A stretch of 64,000 nt of DNA, taken from the NCBI RefSeq assembly GCF_006345805.1, contig NC_043004.1:93868001-93932000 (forward strand), read 5' to 3'. Each line of letters starts with the position of its first letter. The first letter of the stretch is position 1. Position numbers and translations under genes: made by a program. Source of the DNA: Octopus sinensis (Eukaryota). The notes beneath the pieces were generated by a model. It was not told where the DNA came from. It ran no database searches and worked only from the letters and a program-made list of their open reading frames with translations. Below, piece by piece: positions 52,257 to 63,860 of this stretch.

Positions 52257-52519
52257 TATATATGAAAAAACAAGTCAAGATAGAAAATGCTAAAATAATT
52301 TTATAAAGAACATTTCAGTACCGGTTTCGGTCATTTGAGACCTTTTCAACTGTAACTATTAAGTAATTGAATTTAAAAAAACTTTTCTTTTAATTTTTCT
52401 AATTTTAATTATTTAATAGTTACAGTTGAAAAGGTCTCAAATGACCGAAACCGGTACTGAAATGTTCTTTATAAAATTATTTTAGCATTTTCTATCTTGA
52501 CTTGTTTTTTTCATATATA
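52257..52519. repeat. Fold-back, ~106-bp arms and ~50-nt AT-rich spacer, containing a hammerhead-like motif
   Basis: Arms 52257-52362 and 52413-52519 differ only by one homopolymer base. Confidence 0.95.
52423..52459 (+). ncRNA. Candidate minimal type-I hammerhead ribozyme (U3:A8 variant); mirror copy on the minus strand in the left arm
   Basis: CAG-TTGAAAA-GGTC tcaaat GACC-GAAA-CCGG-TA-CTG: stems I, II and III present, GUA cleavage triplet. Activity untested. Confidence 0.55.
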
Positions 52520-52520
52520 A

Positions 52521-52818
52521 AGGGGTAAAGACCCCCTTCGGTCATGAATGACCATGGGATTGCACATAGAAAGTTACCCTCCTAGACACAAGTCCGGGCA
52601 AGGTTGTTTATGGAAGACCAGCAGTCGCCCATGCATACCAGCCTCCCCTCACCACGCCACCAGTGTTATCCAAGGGAAAGACAAAGGTCGATACAGCTTG
52701 GCACCAGTGACGTCGCAACTCATTTCTACAGCTGAGTGAACTGGAGCAACGTGAAATAAAGTGCCTTGCTCAAGAACACAACACGCAGCCCGGTCCGGGA
52801 TTCGAGCTCACAACCTCA
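52521..52818 (-). mobile_element. SINE D, head truncated
   Basis: GCTGAGTGAACTGGAGCAACGTGAAATAAAGTG..GCTCAAGAACACAACAC. Confidence 0.88.
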
Positions 52819-52879
52819 TATATATATACATATATCATATATTATATGCATATATACATATATATATATATACATACAA

Positions 52880-52940
<61 letters not shown>

Positions 52941-53859
52941 AGAAAGAGGAAAGACAAATGTGTAAATGATTGTCTTATGAACTTCATTGGCTTACAGTTG
53001 TTTTATTAGATGTAGTGGACTCATAGTTGAGTGCCTGAATAACACCTTACAGCTTCTTCGGATCTTCGAATTTGAAGCACGATTTATTTGAGACAGAATT
53101 TCATTTGTGCTTATATAGGGAAGGACATCAACAACGCGAAATGTCAATACAGATGTATATATAAGAAAGGTGTATATCCAAAAAGCAATTGGATGTATTA
53201 GTGGAAATATATGTAAATATATGTACGCACGGACTCTGAGGCACTCACAGATACAGAAAGGCACACGTGCAAAAAGCTCCACTCAAAGAACACAGAGACA
53301 CACACGCGCATACGCACCGGGACATCCACATTCACATATAGATTGACTGCTAGAAATAGCAGTCAGACATATCTCTTATAAATTATCCATTTTTCTTCTA
53401 AAACGATGGACGGAGTGCTTGCAGCTAGAGTACTTTTGAATATAAGGTGTTATTCAGGCACTAAGTTCACTGCATTTCGTAGCAGAAACAGCTGTAAGCT
53501 AATGAAGCTCATAAGATAATCGTTTATTCCTTTGTATCTCTCTTTCTTATTACCGCTTTATACTCAACCAACACCCACAATATATACTTAACCAACACAC
53601 TCAATATATACAGTGTGTGTTGTGTGTGTGTGTGTGTGCGTGCGTGTGTGCGTGTGTGTGAAAGAGAGAGACAGATGTGGGGAGAAAGCAATGAAGTTTT
53701 ATGTGTGTAAATGCCTGCATGTATAAATATATGCATATGTATGTAGGCGCGCAAGAGAACCTCGTCAATGAATTAACATCTGTGCTTATTGTGCTTTTGT
53801 ATACGTGTGTATGTGTGAGTTATGCATGTGTGTATGTATGTGTGTGCGCACGTGTGTGT

Positions 53860-53908
<49 letters not shown>

Positions 53909-54125
53909 ATGTGAAGATGAGCGAGATAAGTTCGGAGCGAGAAAAAGAGTAAAATGTTAAAAATGTTTCTAAAAAGACACACCCATTATCTTGCCTTAAT
54001 TTCTTTTCAAAAGCTAAGTCTGACTGATGCAGTAAGGAGTTAGTTGTCTGCTTGACTTTGATTGGATGCAGTGTTATTGTTGCCTTTCTTTTGTTTGACC
54101 TCTGGTAAAGCTTACCTATGATATA

Positions 54126-54363
54126 TATATATTTCTTTATTACCCACAAGGGGCTAAACACAGAGAGGATAAACAAGAACAGACAAAGGGGTTAAGTCGA
54201 TTACATCGACCCCAGTGCGTAACTGGTACTTAATTTATCGACCCCGAAAGGATGAAAGGCAAAGTCGACCTCGGCGGAATTCGAACTCAGAACGTAACGG
54301 TAGACGAAATACTGCTAAGCATTTCGCCCGGCGTGCTAACGTTTCTGCCAGCTCGCCGCCTTC
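54126..54363 (-). mobile_element. SINE B1, young
   Basis: 18-bp TSD AAGCTTACCTATGATATA at 54108-54125 and 54364-54381. Confidence 0.95.
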
Positions 54364-54846
54364 AAGCTTACCTATGATATAGAAGAATTTCTGCCGTGGC
54401 TATCATGATTTTTCTTGTGTGTGTGTGTGTGTGTGTTGTGGTGTATGTGTGGTGTTGTGTTTTGTGTGTGTGTGTGTGTGTGTGCTGTGCGGGCGCGCGA
54501 GTGAGTATTATTGGAACTGCAATATCTAAAACGTTCTTCGTTTCTAAGACGATAGTCAGGATGTGGTTTCAGGGAGATTTGGTTGCTGTTTCTAGAATGA
54601 TAACGTGTGTCCCTTTATCTCTGTCTCTGTCTCTGTCTGTCTCTCTCTCCCTCACTCTCTCACTCATTCACTCACTCATTCATTTTCTCTCATAGGGCGT
54701 TGAGGCGTTGTGTCTGGCGTTGAAGCGCCGAGGCGTTGTGGAGTTTTGTAGATCGGTAAGATGCTATGCAATATAACACATCATATGGGATAATGCTGGA
54801 AGATGCTGGACATCAGTTATGACATCAGTTACTGACTGGTGATATT

Positions 54847-55425
54847 CTTTTCTACTCTAGGCACAAGGCCCGAAATGTTGGAGGAAGGGGCCAGTAGATT
54901 AGATCGACCCCGATACGTAATTGGTACTTAATTTATCGTAAGATTGTGGTTTCAATTCCTGCACCGGACGACGCGTTGTGTTCTTGTGCCAAACACTTTA
55001 TCTCACTTAGCTCCAGTCCACTCATCTGGCAAAAGTGAGTAGTCCTGCGACTGACCGACATGCCGTCCGGTTACTGAATATATACGCCATGAAACCTGGA
55101 AACAGTGGTTAGAGCGTCGGGCTCTAATCATGAGGTAGTGAGTTCGATTCCCGGACCGGGATGTGTGTTGTGTTCTTGAGCAAGACACTTCATTTCATGT
55201 TGCTCTAGTTCACTCAACTGCAGAAATGAGTTGCGACGTCGCTGTTACCAAACTGAATCGTTGTTTGGCTTTCATTTGGATAACATCGGTGGCGTTGAGA
55301 GGGGAGGCTAGTATACATGGGTGATTGCTGGTCTTCCATAAACAACCTTGTCCGGACTTATGCCTCGGAGGGTAACGTTCTTGGTGCAATCTCATGGTCA
55401 TTCATGACCGAAGGAGGGTCTTTAC
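54847..55425. mobile_element. SINE cluster: B2 tail (-, 54847-54937), D/A1 hybrid (+, 54937-55103), SINE D (+, 55104-55425)
   Basis: Direct similarity to the copies listed above. Confidence 0.8.
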
Positions 55426-55679
55426 TTTTTTACCAACTACAGCCAAGATATCGCCCGAAATTGTTTCTTTCTCTATTCATTTATTCGAATCTATGTATCT
55501 AATATTTGACTCGAGAATTTAACTTCATCATTTTTTTCTTCTTTTTTTACCTAGTCCACTCAGATAGCAAAATTGAATAATCCTGTGACAGGCCGGTGTT
55601 CCATCCAGAAAGGAATATATCCTCCTCAGAAACCGAGAAGCAAGCCTTATGAATCTATATCTCACAAACTAAGCAGCAA

Positions 55680-55980
55680 AAAAAGGTAGGTGAGATTTGT
55701 GGAACTGGTGTTTAGTTTTTAAAATATCACTTACATTTGCTTTGGAGTTGCTGTATCCAACCAAGTGAATTGCTTTCAAATGTTCGTCAATCACCTCGTT
55801 CAATGTGCCAACTCCACATACTTCATTTTTGAAAACATTTACTCACAGACGTAAGTTGTTCTAAACACTGACACCATCCCAGAGACAAATGAACTCTCAT
55901 TGGAGTTTCTCACAAAAAAGGTACAGTATGGTGGCCGGCCGGATGAACTGACCTCGCGGGCCGTAGTTTGGTGTCCTTTG
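55680..55980 (-). mobile_element. Internally deleted hAT (Charlie/Buster-like): 5' terminus joined to transposase C-terminal dimerisation region
   Basis: Minus strand: CAAAGGACACCAAACTACGGCCCGCG..ATCCGGCC terminus, then MVSVFRTTYVCE*MFSKMKYV and IDEHLKAI..ILKTKHQFHKSH. Confidence 0.75.
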
Positions 55981-56275
55981 GTGTAGAATAATGTACTTCT
56001 AATGCATCAATATGTTGTGTGGTATATTGTGTTTTGCTTCATTATTTAGGTCTTATATCAGATCAAAGGGGCTGTAATCGCGGCTATCACGTTTGTATTC
56101 GCGTGTAATACATCTATAACTGCATTATCTAATAAGTCCTTACCGTTTTTTATGACAATCGGATATGATTAAAGGAAAGCTTGACTGCTATTTCTATCAG
56201 TTTGAATCACGTGAAAGCTCTTGAGATGAATTGTCAAAAAAAAAGGACTATGGCTTAAAAGCATCACACGCACAC

Positions 56276-56307
<32 letters not shown>

Positions 56308-57056
56308 CATACACAGAGGAAAGGCATTAAAGTAAAACAATAGTGTGTGATTGTAATATCATCACTTAGAGTTAATCACCAGGTGTTTCGTGTTAAAATA
56401 ACAAAACACAAACGGAAAACAAAAGGAATAAATGAGAATTCTCACCTGTATTCTAAAGCAATATATAACTAACTGGAAATTTCACACCAGATCCAAACTA
56501 AATGAAGTGTTGGCGTTTCCCAATTATATCTTTAGTCGCGCTATTATATATCATATTGCGAGAGAAACACATGTTGATGGTGATGGTGATGGTGATGGTG
56601 ATGATAGTGGAAAATGTGGAGGTGGTAACGGTGATAATGGTGGTGGTAGTGGTGGTGGTGGTAGTGGTACGATGATGATTATGTAATCCTTTTTATTTGC
56701 CACAAGAGCGACATATGAGGAGACGTTACAAGAACGGATGACAAAAAAGAAAAGAAAAACTGTCCTCATTTTACACATAATTAAATTGAATATTAAATTT
56801 GATACAGACAACGAAATAGTTGAGGACAGAAAAAACTGATAAGCTAGAAGAAAATTCTGAAGGAGGGTACTAAAAAAGAGACAGGGTAGTGTAATTAAAA
56901 TCTGGACAGAAAGACAAGGTACAAACACACGGACCGTCCCAGTTATAAGCTACTTTACAAATTGGAAACCGAATGAATTGAAGAGATTAGACGGCAAGAA
57001 TATAGCTAGCGCACATACTATGAGGATTCATACAAATAATGCTAATATTTCTTTCT

Positions 57057-57357
57057 GTGGAGGCACGTGGCCTAGTGGTTAGAGCAGCGGACTCGCGGTC
57101 GAGGGATCGCGTGTTCGAATCTCAGACCGGGTGATGTGTGTGTTTACGAGCGAAACACCTAAGCTCCACGCGGCTCCGGCAGAAGGTGATGACGAACTTC
57201 TGCTGACTCTTTCGCCACAACTTTTTCTCACTCTTTCCTCTTGCAGCTCACCTGCGACGGACCGGCGTCCCATCCAGGTGGGGAACCTATACGCCAAGGA
57301 AACTGGGAAACCGGCCCTTATGAGCCAGGCGTGGCTCGAGCAGGAACAAACAACAAC
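57057..57357 (+). mobile_element. SINE A1
   Basis: 13-bp TSD AATATTTCTTTCT at 57044-57056 and 57358-57370. Confidence 0.92.
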
Positions 57358-57682
57358 AATATTTCTTTCTAATAATCTTTCCTATTATAGGTACAAAGCC
57401 TGATATTTGGGGGCAAGGAGCTAATCGATTACATCGGCCTCAGTGTCCAATTGGTATTTGTTTTATGGAACCTGAAAGGATGAAAGTCGACATTGGTGGA
57501 ATTAGAACTGAAAACGTAAAAAATATCGCTAAGCATTTTGTCCGGCGCAGTAAGGTTTCTGCCAGTTCGCCTGATTAATATAGCTTTCTAATAATAATGA
57601 TCATAATAAAAACTCCAGCAAAGTAACAAAGTAAGATTTAAAAAGTTACTTAGAACTCAGCAAATTGAAAATGAAATATGGC

Positions 57683-57844
57683 TCTGTGGTTAAGAATCAC
57701 GTGGTTTCGGCTTCAATCCCACTGTGCGCACCTTGCGCAACTGTCATCTATTATAACCCTGGGCCGACCAGTGCCTTGTGAGTAGATTTGGTAGGCAAAA
57801 ACTTGCGAAAGCTTATCACTTCGTATATTTATGTGTGTGAGTGC

Positions 57845-57877
<33 letters not shown>

Positions 57878-58100
57878 TGCATGCGCGTGTGTGTTTGTGT
57901 TTGTAGTTGTCCCTCCTCCACTGCTTGACAACCGGTACTGGTTTGTTTATGTCCCTGTAACATCGCGGTTCGGCAAAAGAGAACGATCGAATAAGTACCG
58001 AACTTTAAAAAAAAAAATACTGGTGTTGATTTGTTCGACTAAACTCTTCAAAGAGGTGCCTCAGCATAGCCTTAGCTCAGCGAATGAAACAAGCAAAATC
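57683..58100 (+). mobile_element. SINE C, degraded
   Basis: CCCACTGTGCGCACCTTGCGCAA..GCGGTTCGGCAAAAGAG..GAAACAAG. Confidence 0.7.
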
Positions 58101-58177
58101 TAATAAGAAAATACAAAAAACAAGTATCTTTTGTATATACGACCCTTGGAATAACCGAAAAGGATAAGATTTTACAT

Positions 58178-58586
58178 TACTCTCTTTTACTCTCTTTTAC
58201 TTGTTTCAGCCATTTGACTGCGGCTATGCTGGAGCACCGCCTTCTAGTCGAGTAAATCGACCCCAGGACTTATTCTTTGTAAGCCTAGTACTTATTCTAT
58301 CAGTATCTCTTGCTGAACCGCTAAGTTACGGGGACGTAAACACACCAGCATCGGTTGTCAAGCAATGGTGGGGGGACAAACACAGACACACAAACATATA
58401 CACACATACATCTACATACATATATACGACGGGCTTCTTCCAGTTTCCGTCTACCAAATCCACTCACAAGGCTTTGGTCGGCCCGAGGCTATAGTAGAAG
58501 ACACTTGCCCGAGGTGCCACGCAGTGGGAATGAACCCGGAACCATGTGGTGGTAAGCAAGCTACTTACCACACAGCCACCTCTGCG
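58178..58586 (-). mobile_element. SINE C, full length
   Basis: Full head-to-tail match. Confidence 0.9.
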
Positions 58587-58599
58587 TCTAGAAACAACG

Positions 58600-58835
58600 G
58601 TTTCTAAAATGCTTGAACTTAATGGTATAACAGTTGCTGTAAGTCATCTTCAGCTTACTGAAATCTCGGTTAACAAACAACTGTGTCGGCGCGATTCCTA
58701 ATCGAACTTTGTCTCCAGCATCAAATAAGTGACTGCGACTTATAGTCGGGTCAATGATAAAATCCCCTATTTGAACCTTGTAAGTCGGGGCGCGTCCTAT
58801 AGGTGAGGGTGTTTTATAGTCAAGTATCTACGGTA
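58600..58835 (+). mobile_element. pogo/Tigger-type transposase relic with 3' terminus
   Basis: SHLQLTEISVNKQ resembles the pogo DDE motif LQPLDxSVNK; end has GCGACTTATAGTC..TTATAGTCAAGTATCTACGG|TA. Confidence 0.55.
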
Positions 58836-59517
58836 AGTAAAACTCGACATAAAAGAGAATTCTGTTTAAACAAACAACATACTCTACCTACAGCATGTAC
58901 TTAGTACTCTGTTTATTTTTTTCACTTTGCAAACTATAATATTTGAACGTGTGCATGTACGTACGTACGTGTGTGTGTACATATTTATATTTGTAAAGTT
59001 ACGGCTGGTTGAAAAGAGAGTGTATTTGACTTGGTGGCCAATGGACGGACTTATGATATCATGATATCATGACCAAGATATTGCGCATTTACTGGCTCAC
59101 CCTAATTAGTTAAAAATGGGCACCATGAGTAAGTACGAAATTTGAGCTCGGCTTCTTATAGACCACAGACTTCGTGTCTAGGTAAATTATTCTACATTTA
59201 TGTGTGAGGCGTGTGTGTGTGTGCGTGTGTGTGTGTATGTGTGTGTGTGTGTATGTGTGTGTGTGTATGTGTGTGTGTGTGTTTCTTGTGTGTGTGTATG
59301 TGTGTGTGTGTTTCTTTCGATTCACTTTCCCTCCCTCTTTTTCACTACTCCTCATCATCGGAGGATTCCTCTCTAACTACAAAGTTCACTATAGATAATG
59401 AAACCGGACTTCATTAATGTTTAATGAGAATCTAATGTTCATTAGAGCTAATGATGTACTAATCTATTACTATTGAAAACAAAAGTAATTATCACATCAA
59501 TATCACCTCACCTCCGT

Positions 59518-59520
59518 ATG

Positions 59521-59559
<39 letters not shown>

Positions 59560-59858
59560 TCCACAACTACTACTACTACTACTATTACTACTACTACTAC
59601 TACCACCACCTCCTTACTACTACTACTACTACTACTGTCACCACCACCTCTACCTCCACAACTACTACAACTATACCCATCACCACCTCCATAACTACTA
59701 CTACTACTATCACCACCACCTCTACCTCCAAAACTACTACTACTACTACTACTACCACGATCACCACCTCCACAACTACTACTACTACTACCACCTCCAC
59801 AACTACTACCACCACCACCTCCACAACAGCAACAACAACAACTACTACTACTACTACT
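59518..59858. repeat. (ACT)n/(ACC)n compound microsatellite
   Basis: Visible directly. Confidence 0.95.
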
Positions 59859-60172
59859 GTTGCAGCTGCTACTGCTGCTGCTGTTGTTTTGTTGATGGTT
59901 TTGTTTAGCTATAGTTGACTCTATTTTAGTTGGTTTGTGACATGGAATTTGTTAATCGGTCGAAGTTTTCGATTGTTGTTAATGTGGTGTGGTACTTTGA
60001 ATGATGTCGTTTATAAATTGCTTAACTCCAAGTCAGAACTGGTCGAGTAGATCTATAAATCCAGCCATGCCTATGTCATCTTTGTTTTATCCAGTGTTTA
60101 CTCCCACGCCATTTTCTTCAAAATCATTAAGATCTGACTGCCTTTTCTAGAAGCTAGAGCGACCATATATAG

Positions 60173-60395
60173 ATTTCTTTACTACCCACAAGGGGCTAAA
60201 CACAGAGAGGACAAACAAGGACAGACAAATGGATTAAGTCGATTACATCGTCCCCAGTGCGCAACTGGTACTTAATTTATCGACCCCGAAAGGATGAAAG
60301 GCAAAGTCGACCTCGGCGGAATTTGAACTCAGAACGTAACGACATACGAAATACGGCCACGCATTTCGCCCGGCGTGCTAACGTTTCTGCCAGCT
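60173..60395 (-). mobile_element. SINE B1
   Basis: Full match to the B1 consensus. Confidence 0.92.
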
Positions 60396-60711
60396 TGAGG
60401 CTGTCCTATTAGTTCGTGTGGATGCTGTTGTTTTTAGTGCTATTGCTAATGCTGCTACCACCGCTAATTATCGTTGCGAACGCTCTTGTAGGTAACGACA
60501 GTGAAGAAGGCAAGTTATGAAATATACAGAGTCCTGGATCTTTGAACCGCATCGAGACGTTAGACCAGCTCCCTAAGAGCTACAACTTTATTTATTGATA
60601 AACTAGGTCTACACAACAAGAATATAAATGAATAGTTACTTATTACTTTAGCCGCTCTGTCCTCTCCGGGACCTTGTTCTCCCCTGCTAGAAGAACCATC
60701 GCTCCACCCAC

Positions 60712-60857
60712 CTTTGAACTGATCCTCTGCTGTTGCGTCTGATTCGTTCCAAGAAAGACGGTAGAGTTCCCGGTCACATTCCGGTACGTTGTCTTGGCTG
60801 ACATGCCTAACATTGATGGCGGGTCGGAGTACCGAGAAGCAACAGTACTTTGTGTCA
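60712..60857 (-). CDS. Candidate internal coding exon of an unknown gene (146 nt)
   Basis: Non-repetitive, higher GC than its surroundings; acceptor CTTTTAG| and donor AAG|GTGGGT; two frames open; no homology recognised. Confidence 0.25.
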
Positions 60858-61144
60858 CTAAAAGCGACATTCGTCTTTGAAATCGACAGAGATCCATTTA
60901 CTCTGCATGGCAGCAAAACCCAATCAGTTACCGATGTTTCTATTAATTTTTCCTATTGCTGATTCTGTTTGTCAATAGCCAGGCCTGACAGTAATGCCAT
61001 GATATATTTTTATTCGGTCAAAAGAGATGGAGTTTGAACTCAAAACGTACAGATCAGGAACAGATACAGCAACGCATCTCTTTCGTGGTCAACAAGCTTG
61101 TTTTTAAGTATGTATGTATGTATGATGTATGTATGTATGTATGT

Positions 61145-61599
61145 GGATCTCTTCGGTTTGAACGGCAGTTTTTTTCTAGCGGTGTCATATGAAATTGTCA
61201 CCCATAATTATGACCCTAGTATCGATCTATTGCATTTCAATCTCTTTTAGGGTTAGGGTTAGGGTTAGTTATGGCTAGTTAGAGTTAGGGTTAGGGTTAG
61301 GGGTGGGGGAAGGGTATATTTTTTTTCTTCAGAAATGTAAATAAACCCAATCTGTTTCTTAAACGAGGGACATATTCATACGGCACAGAATGTTTTCACC
61401 TCAATAGACGTCATTGATTGATTGAAATTGCAGAAATTGAAGAAAAAGAAAAACAAATATCTTACAAACTATAGAATTTTCTCAATAAAGTCAAGAGAAA
61501 AATATGTTTTATAAACAAATTCTACCTGTATACGAAGTTTAAAAGTGTTTAGTTACGTGGAAATTATTTTAAAAACTGCCGGTCAAACCGAAAAGATCC
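61145..61599. mobile_element. MITE family M1, long form, with internal TTAGGG repeats
   Basis: TIRs GGATCT(C/T)TTCGGTTTGA(A/C)CGGCAGTT; flanked by ATGTATGT on both sides (within a microsatellite); TTAGGG units at 61247-61302. Confidence 0.9.
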
Positions 61600-61820
61600 A
61601 TGTATGTATGTATGTATGTATGTATGTTGTATGTATGTATGTATGTATGTATGTATGTATGTATGTATTTATGTTTTATGTGTGTATGCTTGTTTTTATG
61701 TGTATGTATTCATAGTTCTATGCAATTATATCATGGATGAGCTATTTTAGTCTTCTAAAGCAGAAATTCACTCTTCGTATATTTCTTGAGATATCATCAT
61801 TATCACTATCATGTGTGTGT

Positions 61821-61898
<78 letters not shown>

Positions 61899-62325
61899 CG
61901 TGCGTGTGTGTGTGTCCTGAGCTAAAAATAAAAAATAGATAAGAAAAGAGAGAAGGAAGGCAAGAGAATAGAAAAAGGAAAGGTGAGAAATGTTTCAATC
62001 GGTCAACCAGTCTTCGCATCAGTATCCTTCTGTCTGTCTCTCTTTCTCCCTCACCCTCTCTCACTCAGTCTTTCTCTTTCACTTCCCCTTCTCTATTTCT
62101 CTCTCATTTTTCGTTTCCTGTTTTTAATATACATTTTATTAATATTCACACATAATTTAGTAAGCTATTTTAGTAATAATATGCTAATTTCACTATGTGA
62201 ATTATTCTGGCAAGACCGTACACACCGATTAAGAATATGGTCCAGTGAGCATATAGAGACTTCCTCACTGATATTTTTATTTTTACTTTCATTGTTGCTG
62301 CCCATTTCAGATGAAATATTCAAGT

Positions 62326-62540
62326 AAGGCGGCAAGCAAGCAGAATCGTTAGCACGCCGGACAATTCGCTTAGCGGCACTTCGTCCTAGTTTACGGTCTG
62401 AGTTCAGATGCCGCTGAGGTCGGCTTTGCATTTCATCCTTTCGGGGTCGATAAAATAAGTTCCAGTTGAGCACTGGGGCCGATGTAATCGACTTACTCCG
62501 CCCCTCAAAATTGTTAGTCGTATGCCAAAAATTGAAATTA
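62326..62540 (+). mobile_element. SINE B2
   Basis: Full match. Confidence 0.85.
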
Positions 62541-62649
62541 ATGTGAAACATTCGAGTATGCAAAAACTAATTTGGATCTTCAAAGTATCGTTTTAGTGTG
62601 AAATTTCCTCATTCCATAGCCTTCGATACTTATAACTTGAACAAGGCGC

Positions 62650-62915
62650 AGCAGTGGTTGTGTGGTAAGTAGCTTGCTTACCAACTACATGGTTCCGGGT
62701 TCAGTTCCACTGCGTGGCACCTTGGGCAAGTGTCTTCTACTATAGCCTCGGGCTGACCAAAGCCTTGTGAGTGGATTTAGTAGACGGAAACTGAAAGAAG
62801 CTTGTCGTATATATGTATGTATATTCCCTTCTTTCCTGAGCGTGCAATAATACTTTCTTTGTTCCACATCCTCGCGTTGTTATCTTTTTGTTTTCTTGTT
62901 TGGATTAACTTTATA
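62650..62915 (+). mobile_element. SINE C head (62650-62815) joined to P1 tail (62825-62915) and (TA)n
   Basis: C head to GAAAGAAGCTTGTCGTATA, then TTCCTGAGCGTG..CACATCCTCGCGTTGTT..GGATTAAC. Confidence 0.75.
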
Positions 62916-62930
62916 TATATATATATATAT

Positions 62931-63040
<110 letters not shown>

Positions 63041-63288
63041 TATATAGAGCGCATTACTATACATAAATGCAACACGCTAGGAGGGACTCTTAACGATAAA
63101 CACATCATACAGAATGCAACTCTCGAAGCAAGTCATTTAAAAACAGAATTTAGCTGCAGATCACGTGATTTCATAATTAGTACAGTAATGCACTTTTTAA
63201 TCATCAGTGCAAGCATAATTCAAGATTTATAACGAATGAACAAAATCAACATACCAGACGAACAACCAGTGTATCTAACGTAGCATAT

Positions 63289-63446
63289 AGAAATATTCAC
63301 CCTTTATACATTTATGTAAATGGCGGGCTTTTTCGAATTGCATTTCGGTACCAACCTGCTTATTCGGAGTAAAAATTCAGTTGGTACCGAAATGCAATTC
63401 GAAAAAGCCCGCCATTTACATAAATGTATAAAGGGTGAACATTTCT
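63289..63446. repeat. Hairpin, 67-bp arms, 24-nt spacer
   Basis: 63289-63355 pairs with 63380-63446; one mismatch. Confidence 0.95.
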
Positions 63447-63575
63447 GCAGTTTCGGCCGGTTACACTCGAATACACACACACACATACACGCGCGCGCGC
63501 ACGCACACACAAGAGTTAAGGAATAACAAGAGTAAGGAATAAACAAGAGTTAAGGAATGAAGTCGATATGATCTT

Positions 63576-63860
63576 GGCTACATATGTTTCATAGTGAGCG
63601 GAACCTCGGAAGTAGTAAATAGCCAAGCGAGGTGTATACTGTAGGCCACTTTCAGGTCATTTATCTTGATTAAATGAAAGTTTACATTTGTCACAAGGAG
63701 GTACATGTTAATACATGCGAGGTTCGATCAGAATGTGCAGAGAGCTACAGTGCTCTCTGTAGTGAGCACAGTAGCTTGACCTGACGAGTAGCCCGCGGTA
63801 TACACCTCACTTAAATATTCACTACTTCTGAGGTTTCGCTCGCTAGGAAACTATGTAGCC
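63576..63860. mobile_element. MITE with ~85-bp imperfect TIRs, possibly MULE-like
   Basis: GGCTACATA..GAGGTGTATAC..CAGGTCA (63576-63659) is the imperfect reverse complement of 63777-63860; flanks ATGATCTT and CGGATCTT match at 6 of 8. Confidence 0.7.

Noticed and set aside
61247-61302. Chromosome-end or fusion telomere
   Set aside because: Short, degenerate and enclosed within MITE TIRs.
63781-63860. Hammerhead candidate CTGACGA..GAAACTATGTA
   Set aside because: Stems I and II do not pair; it lies in the MITE TIR.
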